NCBI GenBank assembly: GCA_951406725.2
Contig: OX597825.1
Location: 53,382,001-53,446,000 of the forward strand
Source: Octopus vulgaris
Taxonomy: Eukaryota
DNA: 64,000 nt
Direction: 5' to 3'
Below, piece by piece: positions 40,524-54,379 of this stretch. A program made the translations under genes and the position numbers. Position 1 is the first letter of the stretch. Every line of letters starts with the position of its first letter. Below the pieces are notes generated by a model. The model was not told the DNA's origin. It saw only the letters and a program-made list of their open reading frames with translations, and ran no database searches.

Positions 40524-43443
40524 TATTATATCAAAGACAATGTTTTTATGTGTTCGTGTATTACCTATACACTCGAAAAATGCTGCACCGATCATAATGA
40601 AATTTAGAACACAAAATCGAAGCCTAGGGAGAATCTGTGTGTTTCATACCATTTCATCGACCAAAATTACTGAATATATCCTTATGATATTTGAAAATTA
40701 GATTCAATGCATAAGGGCGGGTATAATGGAATATATTTCAGATGGCTTAAAGGGGGCAGACCCCCCCCCCCATGAAAATTCATAAATTTTCGATGTTGAT
40801 GAAATTTCAACCATGGGAAATTGACACACATCAAGAAGTATTCTCAATGTTTCCACTTCACATGAAGATTCTAAGACACCCTAATGGGGACGTTAACTCC
40901 GAAATTTTAGTCATTTCTTTTATGATCCAAAACTAAGTCAAAATACTGAATGGATCTTTTCGAAATTTGGAAATTATATTCTATGCATAAGGGCCTTAAC
41001 CCCCATGACAATTCATATATTTTTGCTGTTGATGAAATTTTAACCATAGATTTTAGATACGAGTGAAGTAATATTTATAAAATTTCATCTTCTTACAAGT
41101 TAGAAAGACACATCCATGGGGACTTAACACCCACAATTTTGTCATTCTATCTAAGCAAAGACGAAGAGTTGTACACTTGGAAGCTGTGGAGTCATCCGAG
41201 CATAGAAGATGAGCATTATTTGTAATTCAATGGTACAACAGTGTAAGAGGTTTTTAACATACACTTAGATTGTGATTTCTGCAATGTGCTGCATGAATTA
41301 TCAAGTAAATGAGAGGCATTTTTTCCTCCGCTGATTCAGTTGCAAAGTGTTGAGTAAAGTTATTTGACTGCAGATCTCCTTTCAGTCTTTTTATTATCAC
41401 TGGGTCACACATAGTTCCCACGTGGTAACATTGATTTCAAGGCCTTCCCAGATGAGTGACTGGTTATTCAAAGACATTTATAGATTGTATATTTATTCTG
41501 TCTAGTTACGTATCAGTATAGTGTTCATTTGCAAACTCCAACTTTCATTTCTCCTTAGCCCTCATGTCACACAGTTGTTAATGTTTATTTCAGTTGGGTC
41601 ACTCTCTTCCAATTGCTATAGATTTGTAATGCATCTTACGGCTGTCCCTGTCACCTGCATGGTGAGGAATATTACATTGGGAGTGGTAACGACTAGGGTA
41701 CTGTAGCTGACTGCTTATTGTGATCATTCGACTTTTGGTTTTCTGTAGCCTTGCTCTCTTTTACAAACCCAGTGAACATATATTTCCTATTTCAAAGAAA
41801 TTCAAACAATAGATATAAGACCCAAGTTAAGAAAGATTCTCAAAAATTCAACTTCTCTAGTTGACATTAAGATGCCCACCCCCAATACGAGGGGCGTTCA
41901 ATAAGTAATGACCCTGACCCACTTTCCATAGCAGTAGAGCAACAATACTTGGCACAGTTATTAGTCTTTTTTTACATAGGAACCACCCAGAGTTACGCAT
42001 TTCTCCCATTGTTTGATGCAGCTCTGAAGACCGTTTTTGTAGAAGACCCCAGCTTGGTCCTCCAACCTGAACGTGACTTCAGAAATCAAGGCTGCATCAT
42101 CTGGGAAACGCTTTCCTTTCAAAAACAACTTCATAATTGGGAAGAGGTGAAAATCAGAGGATGCAAGGTCAGGAAAGTAGGGGGGATGGGGAGGAGTTCA
42201 TAGCCATACGCCAGTGCTTCTGATCTGGCGACAAGCGAGTTGTGGACCGGAGCGTTGTCTGCAGGAGGGGGATGCCTCTGCTGAACTTGCCCCGCCTCTT
42301 GATTTTGATAACTTCTCTTAATTTCCTCAAAAGTGAAGCATAATAGGGTCCTGCAATTGTGGTACCCTTTGCCTGGAAATCTGTCATCACTACTCCGTCC
42401 TGGTCCCAGAAGACTGTGAGCATGACCTTGCCAGCGGAGGGCTGCACCCTTGCCTTCTTTGGAGGGGGTGAGTCACGGTGCTTCCACTGCATTGACTGGG
42501 CTTTGGTCTCTGGATCATCGTGATGGTCCCAGGTTTCATCCTGAGTAATCAGTCTTTTGAAAAATTTTGACTCATCTTCTTGGCACATCTCCAAATTCAC
42601 CCTCGAGCACTCGACGCGTTCTGGCTTCTGGAAAGGCGTGAGCAACCTGGGAATCCATCTGGCAGACACCTTTTGCATATGCAAATGGTCATGAATGATA
42701 GTTTCCACAGACCCGGTACTAATCTTGACCTCATAGGCTATTTGGCGAATAATTATGCGTCGATCTTCCTCAACTTGACGGACAGATGCCTCATCAATGG
42801 CAGAAGGGGCGACCAGATCTGGGAGCTGTTTCCACAGAGTTCCGTCCATGTTTGAATTCACGATGCCAGCGTTTTACAAGTTCATATGATGGGGCATCAT
42901 CACCATAAGTTACTTTCATTTCATCAAAAGTCTCCCGTGGTGTGCGTCCTTTCAAATACAAAAACCGGATCACTGCTCGACACTCAACAGGCTCCATTTC
43001 ACACTTGACACGGTTCAAACACCTGTAAATCAGAAACCACAATTAATTCAGAGCTGTAATTTGCCACTTACTCTATAGGGATATAAATAATTGCACATGC
43101 AAAATTTCAGCTAGATCAAACAACTGCAAGTGGGTCATGGGCATTACTTATTGAACGTCCCTCGTAACTCTCACATTTTAGAGCTCTATGACCTCCATTT
43201 TTCAGGAGCAAAATCCTTTTAACAGGTTCAATAAGACTCGAATTTTGGAATATGCGCATAAAAATCAGTAGTATGGGATACATGTGGTACGATTACAATT
43301 TTGTTTGGGCGTGTAAATAGGGAAATAACCCTCATCTGAAATTTTGATGAAATTCCAAACAGGTATTTCATTACAAAAAATATAACAGAAAAGTCTAATT
43401 CTTCAATTGTATGTAACTCGGGCAACGCCGGGTATCTCTGCTA

Positions 43444-43444
<1 letters not shown>
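40524..43444 (+). mobile_element. Non-autonomous Helitron-like element with internal ~230-bp degenerate repeats, interrupted by a mariner
   Basis: 3' hairpin actcgg-gcaacg-ccgggt (43416-43433) followed by CTAG (43441-44). Repeats at 40770-40920 and 41003-41150. The 5' boundary is approximate. Confidence 0.6.
41888..43164 (-). mobile_element. Full-length mariner transposon, frameshifted transposase
   Basis: TIRs cgaggggcgttcaataagtaatgaccctgacccactt / aagtgggtcatgggcattacttattgaacgtccctcg with TA on both sides. Peptides MEPVECRAVIRFLYLKG, WIPRLL, LITQDETW, KVMLTVFWD. Confidence 0.95.
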
Positions 43445-43503
<59 letters not shown>

Positions 43504-44004
43504 TAATAAATAAAATAAAACGTATACATATATATAAACATATATGTACGTACCTACCTCTACACGCATATATGAGTACAGGACACCAAAAGGACGTCAA
43601 ACACAATGAGAAACGAAAACATAGACACAAACCAAAGGAACTGGACATTTTTTTGTAAACAACAAAAAAATAGAGTACAGGACAATTAACACAAAGAAAA
43701 CACCCCTTCTTCAGTCGCTATGGTTTCATCTACTCTACGTTTCGAAGGATAAAAGCGAGACGTATCTTCGACAAGAAACTTTCCTTCCTGCGAAAAGGAA
43801 ATCAATTAAAATTCTGAGATCTTTTCGCAGAGGGGTAAAAAATGGTAACGAAAACAGGACAGTAATGACAGTACAAATTATAAACAGTAAAAGACAGGAC
43901 AAGGAAAAACAAGATAAAAAGGGCTGTTAACGCCGAACGAAAGAAGTATTGCGAACGCGGATTTTTTTATGAACGACGAGTGGAGCAAAAAGAATTATAT
44001 ATAT

Positions 44005-44051
<47 letters not shown>

Positions 44052-44816
44052 TATTCGTACATACACATAAATGCACGTTTTTAAGTATATGTATGTGTGG
44101 CACATGTTTTTTTGTATACATGTAAATATATAGTTATCTACATCTTCCGTTTGTAACATTTTTGTGAGTTTTATTCGCATTCTTAGGAATTTCCGTTGCT
44201 AAACTTTGAGTGGTAAGGTAACCATGAACAAGTCGAAATACCTTTATATTCCAACTTGGAGCGAAGTGTGAAACTTACAATGTTAATAAACTTCGTTTTA
44301 AATTGTCCATCTTTTGTCGTCTGTACTAGCCGCATAGATAATCGAAGATTCTACGTCGTTGAATAAAATTTCAGAGAAACCTCGAAGTATGCTATACAAG
44401 TCTTGTCCACAGTTATTATTCCCTTCCACTACAATTGTTTTGCGCTTCATCACAATTTACACTGTGTGTGACTATATGTGAATACATACATACATACATA
44501 CATCTCTCTCTCTCTCGCTCTTTCTCTTTATATATATATATATATATATATAGCAATTAAGGACAACTACTTAATAAGGAAAACTTAACAAGAAATTGTC
44601 AGGTAGATAGCGTAAAAACCTCATAAGAGAAAAATTTCGAAAATAATTATTTCTTATTGAAAATATTAATTTATATATAGAGGGCATTATACATACATGC
44701 CAGAAGGCATTATATATACATGCCAAACGCTAAGAGGGACAATTAGTCATTTCTACCAAAAATATTACTAATCCCACCGAATGCAATTTTTCAAAGTAAG
44801 ACATTTAAAAAAATAT

Positions 44817-44864
44817 AGACCTGTATCACAGTGATTTCATACTTACGTACTCATCAGCAGGCCT
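44817..44864 (-). ncRNA. Minimal type I hammerhead ribozyme
   Basis: aggcctg CTGATGA gtac-gtaa-gtat GAAA tcactgtga TA caggtct. Confidence 0.9.
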
Positions 44865-45296
44865 GAATGCATTATAAATAAACAACGACCCTGCCCCGCT
44901 TAAGTCGATCAGCTAACTGTTCAACATCAACGAAGCACATGGGTGAGTTTACATATATTACATCCGGTCAAATGGCAAACTTTTACGAATTGCATTTCGG
45001 GAGAGGAAAAGTTTTTTCGGAATAAAAATTTAGCAATTAAGGACAACTACTTAATAAGGAAAACTTAACAAGAAATTGTCAGGTAGATAGCGTAAAAACC
45101 TCATAAGAGAAAAATTTCGAAAATAATTATTTCTTATTGAACATATTAATTTATATATAGAGGGCATTATACATACATGCCAGAAGGCATTATATATACA
45201 TGCCAAACGCTAAGAGGGACAATTAGTCATTTCTACCAAAAATATTACTAATCCCACCGAATGCAATTTTTCAAAGTAAGACATTTAAAAAAATAT

Positions 45297-45344
45297 AGAC
45301 CTGTATCACAGTGATTTCATACTTACGTACTCATCAGCAGGCCT
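45297..45344 (-). ncRNA. Minimal type I hammerhead ribozyme
   Basis: Identical motif, +480. Confidence 0.9.
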
Positions 45345-45607
45345 GAATGCATTATAAATAAACAACGACCCTGCCCCGCTTAAGTCGATCAGCTAACTGT
45401 TCAACATCAACGAAGCACATGGGTGAGTTTACATATATTACATCCGGTCAAATGGCAAAACTTTTCCTCTCCCGAAATGCAATTCGTAAAAGTTTGCCAT
45501 TTGACCGGATGTAATATATGTAAACTCACCCATGTGCTTCGTTGATGTTGAACAGTTAGCTGATCGACTTAAGCGGGGCAGGGTCGTTGTTTATTTATAA
45601 TGCATTC

Positions 45608-45655
45608 AGGCCTGCTGATGAGTACGTAAGTATGAAATCACTGTGATACAGGTCT
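45608..45655 (+). ncRNA. Minimal type I hammerhead ribozyme (inverted copy)
   Basis: Stem I 45608-14/45649-55, CTGATGA 45615-21, GNRA-capped stem II, GAAA 45634-37, predicted cleavage after 45648. Confidence 0.9.
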
Positions 45656-45792
45656 ATATTTTTTTAAATGTCTTACTTTGAAAAATTGCATTCGGTGGGA
45701 TTAGTAATATTTTTGGTAGAAATGACTAATTGTCCCTCTTAGCGTTTGGCATGTATATATAATGCCTTCTGGCATGTATGTATAATGCCCTC

Positions 45793-45834
<42 letters not shown>

Positions 45835-48560
45835 TCTTCTATTTTTTAATTATTATAAATCTTCCACTGAGGAGGGAGCCGATTTCCGACAAAGATACAA
45901 ATCTCCTCCTTTAAGGTTTTTTGTATGTATGTATATATGTATGTATGTATTTATGTATGTATGTATGTATATATGTATGTATGTATGTATGTGTGTGTAC
46001 GTATGTATGTAAGTATGCTTGTTTGTGTGTATGTATGTATATGCATATATATGTTTACATACGTAGATACATTTACATATACATGTATACATATATATAT
46101 GTATTATTTTCGAATATTCTTCTTATATTAGTCCAATTCGTTCCTGGCTCACGTATCACAGTGCAAAATTCTTTGCCCTTTCAGTAAAAGCCTCTTGAGG
46201 TCCAGCATGCAAAGGGATTGTGTTTTGTATTGTATTTTGTCCTGGTGTTTCTTCTCTTTTAAGTTTAGATGAAATTTTTTCTTTCTTTCATTCAAAATGC
46301 CACTACATACACAATAAAATCTTGCATTATTATGTATTTAAACTTTTACTGAATTTTTCTATGGGAATGTTGGCACGTTAATTTGAAATTTTATTCCAGT
46401 ACTGGTCTTTCATTTTCACTTTATATAATTTGTGCGTATATGAGTACTTCGTAACTTAAAACATAGGTTATATCGAGTCTGTATATGCAACCCATTTTAA
46501 GTATATGTGTCTTTATGCTACTGTTATAGGCATCCATGCTTTTTGTGTCTACTGTGATATCATGCAACCGCAGTCAACCCCCTTGGGGGTTGCTGAAAAA
46601 TTTTATATTGATATTTGCAACAAAAGCAGCAGATGTTGGAATTTAGGTGCATCTTTAATAGCTAAAATTTTGAAGCAACACTGTCAATTTTTAGTATTTG
46701 TCTGAAACATCTGTTAATATTAGTGGTTGAAATACTGTTTTGACATTTCAAAAAATATCTATGAAAAGTAATTTTTTAAAAATTTCATCTGCAATTTTAT
46801 GGTGTATGTTCGTCAAATTGTATCAAGAAGGCGTTGAAAGACTTAGTAAACGGAAGAAGGTAATTATGAAAAATGCATGAAGCACTGCTACACTGTATAT
46901 CTTGCTTTTGAGGTTTATTGTTGCAGTCATTGACTTCTCTTTCATGAAACCATTACTGCACTCACTTTGATGATCAGTCATATATCATTCTGATTACCAT
47001 TCTCTAATCATTTTTGTTCGCATTCTATCAATTCTACCAGTTAAAAATATTTACCTTTCTCTCTCTAAAACGCCTCTTTCCCCATACAAGTCTATTCCAC
47101 GCATGCGCAAAAACTAACCCCCTACAAATTCCTGTCCTTCTCTCCTATTTACGATGCCTCATGGAATAAGGGGAAAAAATGCATTCTCGCCTTTACTCCA
47201 TGAAAATGATATTTTAAGAGCCAGCAAAAGCTATTTTCTCGAGCCACGTACGAATTCCAGAAACTTCGAAGTCTACCAAGAATTAAAAAATTGCCGACAC
47301 GTAATATCACCTGTTTCTTTAGATTAGGTTGTCTATATTGACGCCTATCAACCGATCCACTCCGATGAATCTAAACGAATAAAGCAGACAATGCTCAGAT
47401 CATTTTTTCTAAAACTTTCCAATGCCCTAGTAAGCACTGTCAATGCGGAAAAGGGGTTCTCAACCAGCTATGGAGCAATCGGCTGTACCACTTCCGAATT
47501 TGATAATAAATTACTTTATATCTACCTAAGTCTGCATTAAAGGTCCGTCAGCAGCTACGTATCTCCAGCTCTTCAGGCATGTAAGAGCCACAACTTTCCA
47601 ATTGCTAAAGGATTACAAAAGCCACCATGATGTTAAATTTAACTCACGAGGAATCGGCCCATATGCTATGAATGAAATTGTATATATGGAAACTCTACAG
47701 AAACCTATACCTTGCATTGCACTCGAAAATCCGTGTCACACACATTGACAAGAGCTTATCTCCTCGATGCTATCTGAAAGAATAGTCTATTAGATATTTA
47801 ATATAAATCTTCATATTTTCTTTATACCTTATGGTATATGTATGTGTGTGTGGTGTGTGTGTGTGTATGTGTGTGCGTGTGTGTGTGCGGATGTGTTTGT
47901 GCATATGTGTGTGTGTGTGTACACGTATATTATTTATAATATTTTAAATTATTATATCATAACCTTACCTCATTTAATTTTATGCAATAACTTTTTCCCT
48001 GTTTAGTTATTTTCACTCATTGTATAACTCAGATACTGAGATCTTACTTTCTATGTAAAGTTTCATTATAATTAAAATACACTAACATTTTTCAAAATAC
48101 TTTTTAATGCATTTCGATTACATAATGAACCGTAGATACAGTTTCTCCTATCGCATTTTTTATGTTTGGAATCGCTTTGAAATTAATCTAATTTTTGACT
48201 CATATTGCCATGAAAGAGAAATACAACATCAGGTACGACTTCGTCATATGTCAAAAATGGTTTCGTGTTTATAATAGAGTTGTTGATGTATCATTGTGTA
48301 TATACGTTTTCCTTCCTAACATAGATTTATATGTATGCGTATGAGCCTATATGTTTACACTCTTATCACACACACACACACATACACATATACGCATATA
48401 TGTGTGTATGTGTGTGTGTGTGTGTCAGTGTGTGTGTGTCTGTGTGTGTGTATGTATATGTTATCATATATAGAGATGCACATACACACATAGGCAGACA
48501 TACACATATGTGTGTATTTACTGTGTGTATATATATATATATACATATTTACATACACAC

Positions 48561-48601
<41 letters not shown>

Positions 48602-48919
48602 CAGGGAGAAGGAAAGAGATATGAGGGTATATACGTATATACAAACATATCGTTATATTTAAATCTGAAAGTAAATCCGCTTCTTATTCAATCTAATTCC
48701 TATGAATTTATGAATTTAGGGATTATATAATTATTAAAACTCTGCTTTAACAAAAAGCAACTTAACAGCTACTAGTTTGGAATCAAAACATCGAATGTTA
48801 GAAAATGTTTCGTAAAAGCTACAGTCAAATTTTACATTGAAATATCTGTACTAAATATTGATGTCTACATTGATTCACAATTACAAGATTTAGTGTTCTT
48901 GATATCAGATTATCATTAT

Positions 48920-49442
48920 TGGCGAGTTGGCAGAATGGTCAACGCCAGGTATAATGCATAGCAACGTTTCATCTGTTTTTACGTTCTGAGTTCAAATACC
49001 ACCGAGGTTGACTTTGACTTCCATCCTTTTAGGGGTCGATCAATTAAGTACCAGTGAAACACTGAGATCGATGAATTTCACTAGTCACCTCTCCTAAAAT
49101 TTTATGCCTTGTGCCTTTAATAGAAAGGATTATTAAATTAAGTGCCAGTGAAACACTAGCGTCGATACAACCGATTTATCCCCTCCTCCAAAATTTATGA
49201 CCTTGTACCTATAGTAGAAAGGCAGGTGCGGAGTTGGCAGAATAATTAGCACGCCGGGCAAAATACATAGCGGTATTATCATCTGTCGCTACGTTACGAG
49301 TTCAAATTCTACCGAGGTTGATTTTTCCTGTCATCCTTTTAGCGTCGATAAAATAAGTACCAATTGAACACTGCGGTCGATGTAATCGACTCCTCCTCTC
49401 CCCCAAAATTGCTCTCCTTGTGGAAAAATATGAAAACATTAT
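48920..49442 (+). mobile_element. Cluster of tRNA-derived SINEs (third family)
   Basis: ggcgagttggcagaat..gagttcaaat..ccgaggttgacttt..catcctttt..gtcgat..aagtacc, repeated 2-3 times. Confidence 0.8.
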
Positions 49443-50175
49443 TTGGTGAGAGAAGTGTTGCCCTCGAGTGAGTTGAAAGTTGGGTTGAAAGTTGCCAAAA
49501 TAGGAAGGGAGACGAAATTGGAGAGCGCTCTTGCTTCTAGGGTCTCAGAGAAATCTCGGACAGTGGGGTTCCTCGATTATCTCCAGAGGCGTTCCTGTAT
49601 CAGGAGGGCCACATTTCTAGCATCCTCCACACCTTCTTTATAAACTTTGTATGTCCCTTCTTTATCATGCATATTTTATTTTATATTTTATTTCATTTTT
49701 TATCATTTCGTTATTATATATAACCCACCACACTTTATATTTGTCTCTGTATCGTCCCCCTCAGCCTTCGTCCTTGTGACAAATAAATGAAATCATCACT
49801 ATTATTATTAATATAGCTGTCAGCCGGGTAAACCAAGTTGACCTCGGCACAGTATTTTGTCTTTTGAAAAAAAATCTTTATTTTCACTGGAAAATAGCTG
49901 TTTTCACTTCATTCTAAACCAGAGTGGAGAGTAAGGTAATCTTCCACTTGTGAGTTCCTTTCTTCTGTATAGAACCCGTATTTTGGGGATGACTTACCGA
50001 CATTATTTCCACGTGAGGAAAATTTCACAATTCTTCAAGACGCTAACAAAAATATTAATATTTGAGAAAGAGAGTCAGTTGTTAATGACAGAGGGGGAGA
50101 GGAGGAGAATTATATGACGATGAGGAGAGAGAGAGAGAGAGTGATAGTGTTTGACCTGTGAGGTTGCTAGTGAAA

Positions 50176-50488
50176 GTGAGGGCACGTGGCTTAGTAGTTA
50201 GGGCATTCGGCTCATGGTCGTAAGGTTGTGAGGCGACGCGTTGTGTCCTTGAGCAAGACACTTTATTTCACGTTGCTCCAGTCCACTCAGCTGGCAAAAA
50301 TGAGTTGTACCTGTATTTCAAAGGGCCAGCCTTGTGACACTCTGTGTCACGCTGAATCTCCTTGCGAACTACGTTAAGTGTACACGTGTCTGTGGAATTC
50401 TCAGCCATTTGCACGTTAATTTCACGAGCAAGCTGTTCCGTTGATCGTATCAGCTGGGACTCTCGTCGTCGTAACCGACGGAGTGCTC
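50176..50488 (+). mobile_element. tRNA-derived SINE (family of 6291), near full length
   Basis: Head ggcacgtggcttagtagttagggcattcggctc; tail gtcgtcgtaaccgacggagtgctc. Confidence 0.85.
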
Positions 50489-50662
50489 CTTTCCTGCTAG
50501 TGAAAGGGCAACGTCGGCAACTGGACAGAGTGTAAAGATCATAACCACAGTCACCATCAACAACAATACCACTACTACCACCGTCACCACCACCACCACC
50601 ACCACCACCACTTCGAGTAGTAACAGCAGCAGCACGCGGGCAACAGCAACAACAGCGGTAGT

Positions 50663-50729
50663 GGAGGCGCAATGGCCCAGTGGTTAGGGCAGCGGACTCG
50701 CGGTCATAAGGGCGCGGTTTCGATTCCCA
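50663..50729 (+). mobile_element. tRNA-like SINE head fragment
   Basis: ggcgcaatggcccagtggttagggcagcggactcgcggtc..ggtttcgattccc. A/B boxes are present but the acceptor stem does not close. Confidence 0.7.
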
Positions 50730-51074
50730 AAGCCGGGAAGGGGGGCACTGTACTCTTTCACAACAACTTTCACACTTTCTTCCTACTTCTGCCACAAAGC
50801 AGAGGAACCATGGTGTAACCCTCTATGGTGTGGTAAACTTCCAGACCCTAGTATAGATTGCGAGTCATCTGTACCCCAGGATGGTGCAGCTCTCCACCCG
50901 TTAAAAGCCATCGTTTACGGAATGAGGAAAACAACGTAGCTTTCGCGCCCGTGCAACCGCCAGTCTATCGCGTGTAGTGGGTAGATCTTCAAGTTGCCAC
51001 ACGCATTCTTAGTAGCATAGAGTAGGCTCAAATTAGAGATTATTCTTTGTGGTTAATGGTGTGAGTCCTGATTG

Positions 51075-51218
51075 GAAGAAGAAGAAGAAGAAGAAGAAGA
51101 AGAAGAAGAAGAAGAAGAAGAAGAAGAAGAAGAAGGAGGAAGAAGAAGAAGAAGAAGAAGAAGAAGAAGAAGAAGAAGAAGAAGAAGAAGAAGAAGATGA
51201 TGAAGGAGAAGAAGAAGA
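51075..51218 (+). repeat. (GAA)n microsatellite
   Basis: Direct reading. Confidence 0.95.
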
Positions 51219-52739
51219 CAGCAGCGACAAGAAGACCAACGCTTCTTTTGTCAAAATTACTTACTATAGATGTCTTTCGACAGTCAATTTGGTCAAAACT
51301 TCCAGAAATACCTGGTAAAACCCAGTCTTCTCGTTCTGCCAACAGGCGAGAAAGATCACATCACAAAAAGAATTGTGATCTGTAAGTGCCTAAATATGAA
51401 GACCAACCATATCGAAAATCCAACACTTGTGCAGGCAGAAAATGTCTGAAAGTTGCTTAGGGGTCGATTTCGCACGTCAGAAGAAATACAGAATTTAGAT
51501 CTCTTGTTGTTATATGCTATAGCGAAGCGGCAACAAAAAGAATGACCATGCAGACTTGATCCTGAAATGAATATATTTTAATTCCATGTTATCTGGAGAG
51601 GCGAGAGAATAAGGTTATAAGGTTACTTTTTCGAATATGCATCTGGAGATTAACATGCACTATTTCGGGATAATACTGGGAGAGTATGGTGATATTTTGA
51701 ATTTTAAATCCACACCGAAATAAACGTGGTCTGCAGTCCAGGTGGAAGTTGAAATTTTGCTAACTGCAGAAAACTTTCATAGGATTCCTGATCTAATTTA
51801 CATGGAATGCGCGAAGCTCATAAGAATTGTGATTCAGGGCAGAAAAGCTAAGTGTTATTTCTGCGGAAGTAAAACCCATCAAAAAGTTGCCTGCCCTCAA
51901 TTAAACAAATAGAAATCACCCATGCTGAGAACTCCAGGACCGCATCCAGGACAGGTCAGGATGCGAGGTTTGGGTGTAGCGGAAAAGTTTGGCTCCCGTT
52001 CCCACTGAAGAGCAAGCTCTTCCTAAATGTCTTGCTCAGCAACCAAATAACAAGGATTTACATTCCTCCTTCGACCAGATTTCCCCATCTCCCACCAATG
52101 CCTTGGAGAATAATTCGGAGAAGAAATATCAAGCCGAAGGATCGCAAATGTCTCGAAATGCGCGAAACGGAAAAGTGGGGGTGAAAACTCCACTCCGACA
52201 ATTCTATACAGATGGCAGCAAACGAAAAATCATAATCTTCAACCCACTTCACAACCACCTCAACAACATCAGCAGCAACATCAACAACGAACTAACAATA
52301 GCAACATCAACCTCGACAGTAGCAACACCAACAGCAACAGCAACATAGACAACACCATCCACAACAATAACACAGAAAGACACTAACTATAACAGAGACA
52401 CAACCAAATATAAATCTGTTGAAAATTTAAACCTAACTCAAACTGCATGCATCAATTTTACAATTGTGAACACGCTCAACAGCGACTTGATGGATCACCT
52501 AATGGAAAATAAAATAAAAATCGAAACAAAAGTGGAGGAATTTGATAATTTCCATTCTCAAAATCCCGAAAGACAGACTGTTAATTAAAACATCAGCTTT
52601 TTGTACAGGACAATTTGAGAAAAATACCCAACTAGTGTGAGAATTATAAAAACATACTGACAAAAGACTATTGGAAAGGCTTTTCAGAAGTCAGTCGCCT
52701 GGAAGGAGGTCAGGAATACCTGGGTGTCTCAGAAATCAA

Positions 52740-53100
52740 GGTGAGTGATCTCCCCTGTTTTCTTTCTCATACTGACATTTTAGCTCGTAAATGGGGGAGT
52801 GTAAATGCGCGTGGCTTGGAAGGTGATGTCGTGGCAAATTATGTGTTGCCAAAATTTGCGAGACAAGGATTTTCAATGTGAAAGCAAGGTGCCTATTCTT
52901 TTTAACAGTACTATTCTGAAAATCCTAATGATTTAAAATACGAGCAATCTTCTCGAACCTTCTCAAAAGAGCGATTAGAGCAGAAACGATACTGTTTAAC
53001 AAAGAGTTAGCACTAGAAAGGAATTAACTAGAGGCTGAACGAATTTGCAAATTAAAAGAAGTAATTAGTAAGAGCATCGAACCGAAGTGCTAGCGGCGAA
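52740..53100 (+). mobile_element. Possible L1/Tx1-like LINE ORF2 relic
   Basis: gggagtgtaaatgcgcgtggcttg (GSVNARGL) resembles the first APE endonuclease motif; the rest is highly decayed. Confidence 0.35.
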
Positions 53101-53104
53101 ATCA

Positions 53105-53954
53105 GCAAAGAAATCAGCAACTGGAAGGCCCCAGGACTAGATGGAGTTCGAGGCTACTGTATCAAAGATTTGGTGAATGTCATACAGGAATACCTGCGCA
53201 ACTCAACACCTTGTCAAATGCTGACCAAGCAACACCAGAGTGGTTGACATTAGGTAGGACAGTGCTGAGCCTGAAAAACATCGAAAGACAATTTCAGGCC
53301 GATATCCTGTTTACCAATTTTGTGGAAGTTATTGACTGGAACTCTCGCAGAGTTAATATACGAACGTCTGCTACATGAGCAGAAGGGTTGCAAGCGTAAG
53401 TGCAGAGGTGCCAAGCATCAACTCCTTGTAGACAAAACTGTACTTAGAGACTGCAAGAAGAGGGAAAGTAACTTAACCATGTCATGGATCGACTATCGTA
53501 AGGCGTACGATATGATCCCACATTCTTGGATTATGGAGTGTATAAACCTATTTGTTATTGCATCGAATGTTGAGCGATTGCTTGGAAAAAATATGGCGAA
53601 TTGGCGGACGCACCTACAGAATACGGAAGAAGATTAGGGACAATAGAAATTAGGAGGGGCATCTTCCAAGGGGACTACCTGTCCCCACTGATCATTGTAC
53701 TGTGATTGATGCCACTAACACTGATTTTGAGGAAAGCAGAAGCTGGGTATGTATTCAAAAGCCCCCAACAAAAAGTCGACCATTTATTATTCATGGATGA
53801 CCTCAAACTTTATGGTAAATATGAAGCCCAAGTCAGTTCCCTCGTTGATATGGTGTATTAAAACTAATGGCGACATGACAGATGAACAAAAGGCACTCTA
53901 CGACAGATTAAAGGCAAGACTACAGAAATACAGCGTTAGAATTTGTGCAAAGGA
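53105..53954 (+). mobile_element. R4/Dong-clade non-LTR retrotransposon RT fragment
   Basis: [70 protein letters not shown]; abuts (AAT)n. Confidence 0.85.
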
Positions 53955-54124
<170 letters not shown>

Positions 54125-54130
54125 TAATCA

Positions 54131-54315
54131 TTAGCACACTGGGCGAAATGTTTAGCGGTATTTCGTCTGCCACTAGGTTCTGAGTTCAAATTCCGCTGAG
54201 GTCGACTTTACATTTCGGGGTTGATAAAATAAGTACCTGTTGAAAACTGGGGTCGATGAAATCGGCTTACCCCACCCCCAAAATTACTGGTCTTGTATGA
54301 AAATGTGAAACTATA
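54131..54315 (+). mobile_element. SINE (family of 48920)
   Basis: ttagcacactgggcgaaatgtttagcggtatttcgtc..gagttcaaattccgctgaggtcgacttt. Confidence 0.8.
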
Positions 54316-54328
54316 TTATTATTTATTT

Positions 54329-54374
<46 letters not shown>

Positions 54375-54379
54375 TGTAG

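Larger units (their letters stand above)
44551..45803 (-). mobile_element. HHR-bearing tandem (480 bp + ~430-bp partial) plus ~345-bp inverted copy; retrozyme-like / pLTR-only element
   Basis: Units start at 44551 and 45031 and are near-identical. Inversion at ~45457; (TA)n on both sides. Confidence 0.9.

Noticed and set aside
46500-46920. Academ/XPG-like transposon relic on minus strand (LHAF.., IPTSAAF..)
   Set aside because: Only two short peptide resemblances with stops; needs TBLASTN/HMM support.
50663-50729. tRNA gene
   Set aside because: No complete cloverleaf or acceptor stem; it is a SINE head.
51989-52348. 119-aa ORF as host gene
   Set aside because: Low-complexity end, no domain, and embedded among LINE relics.
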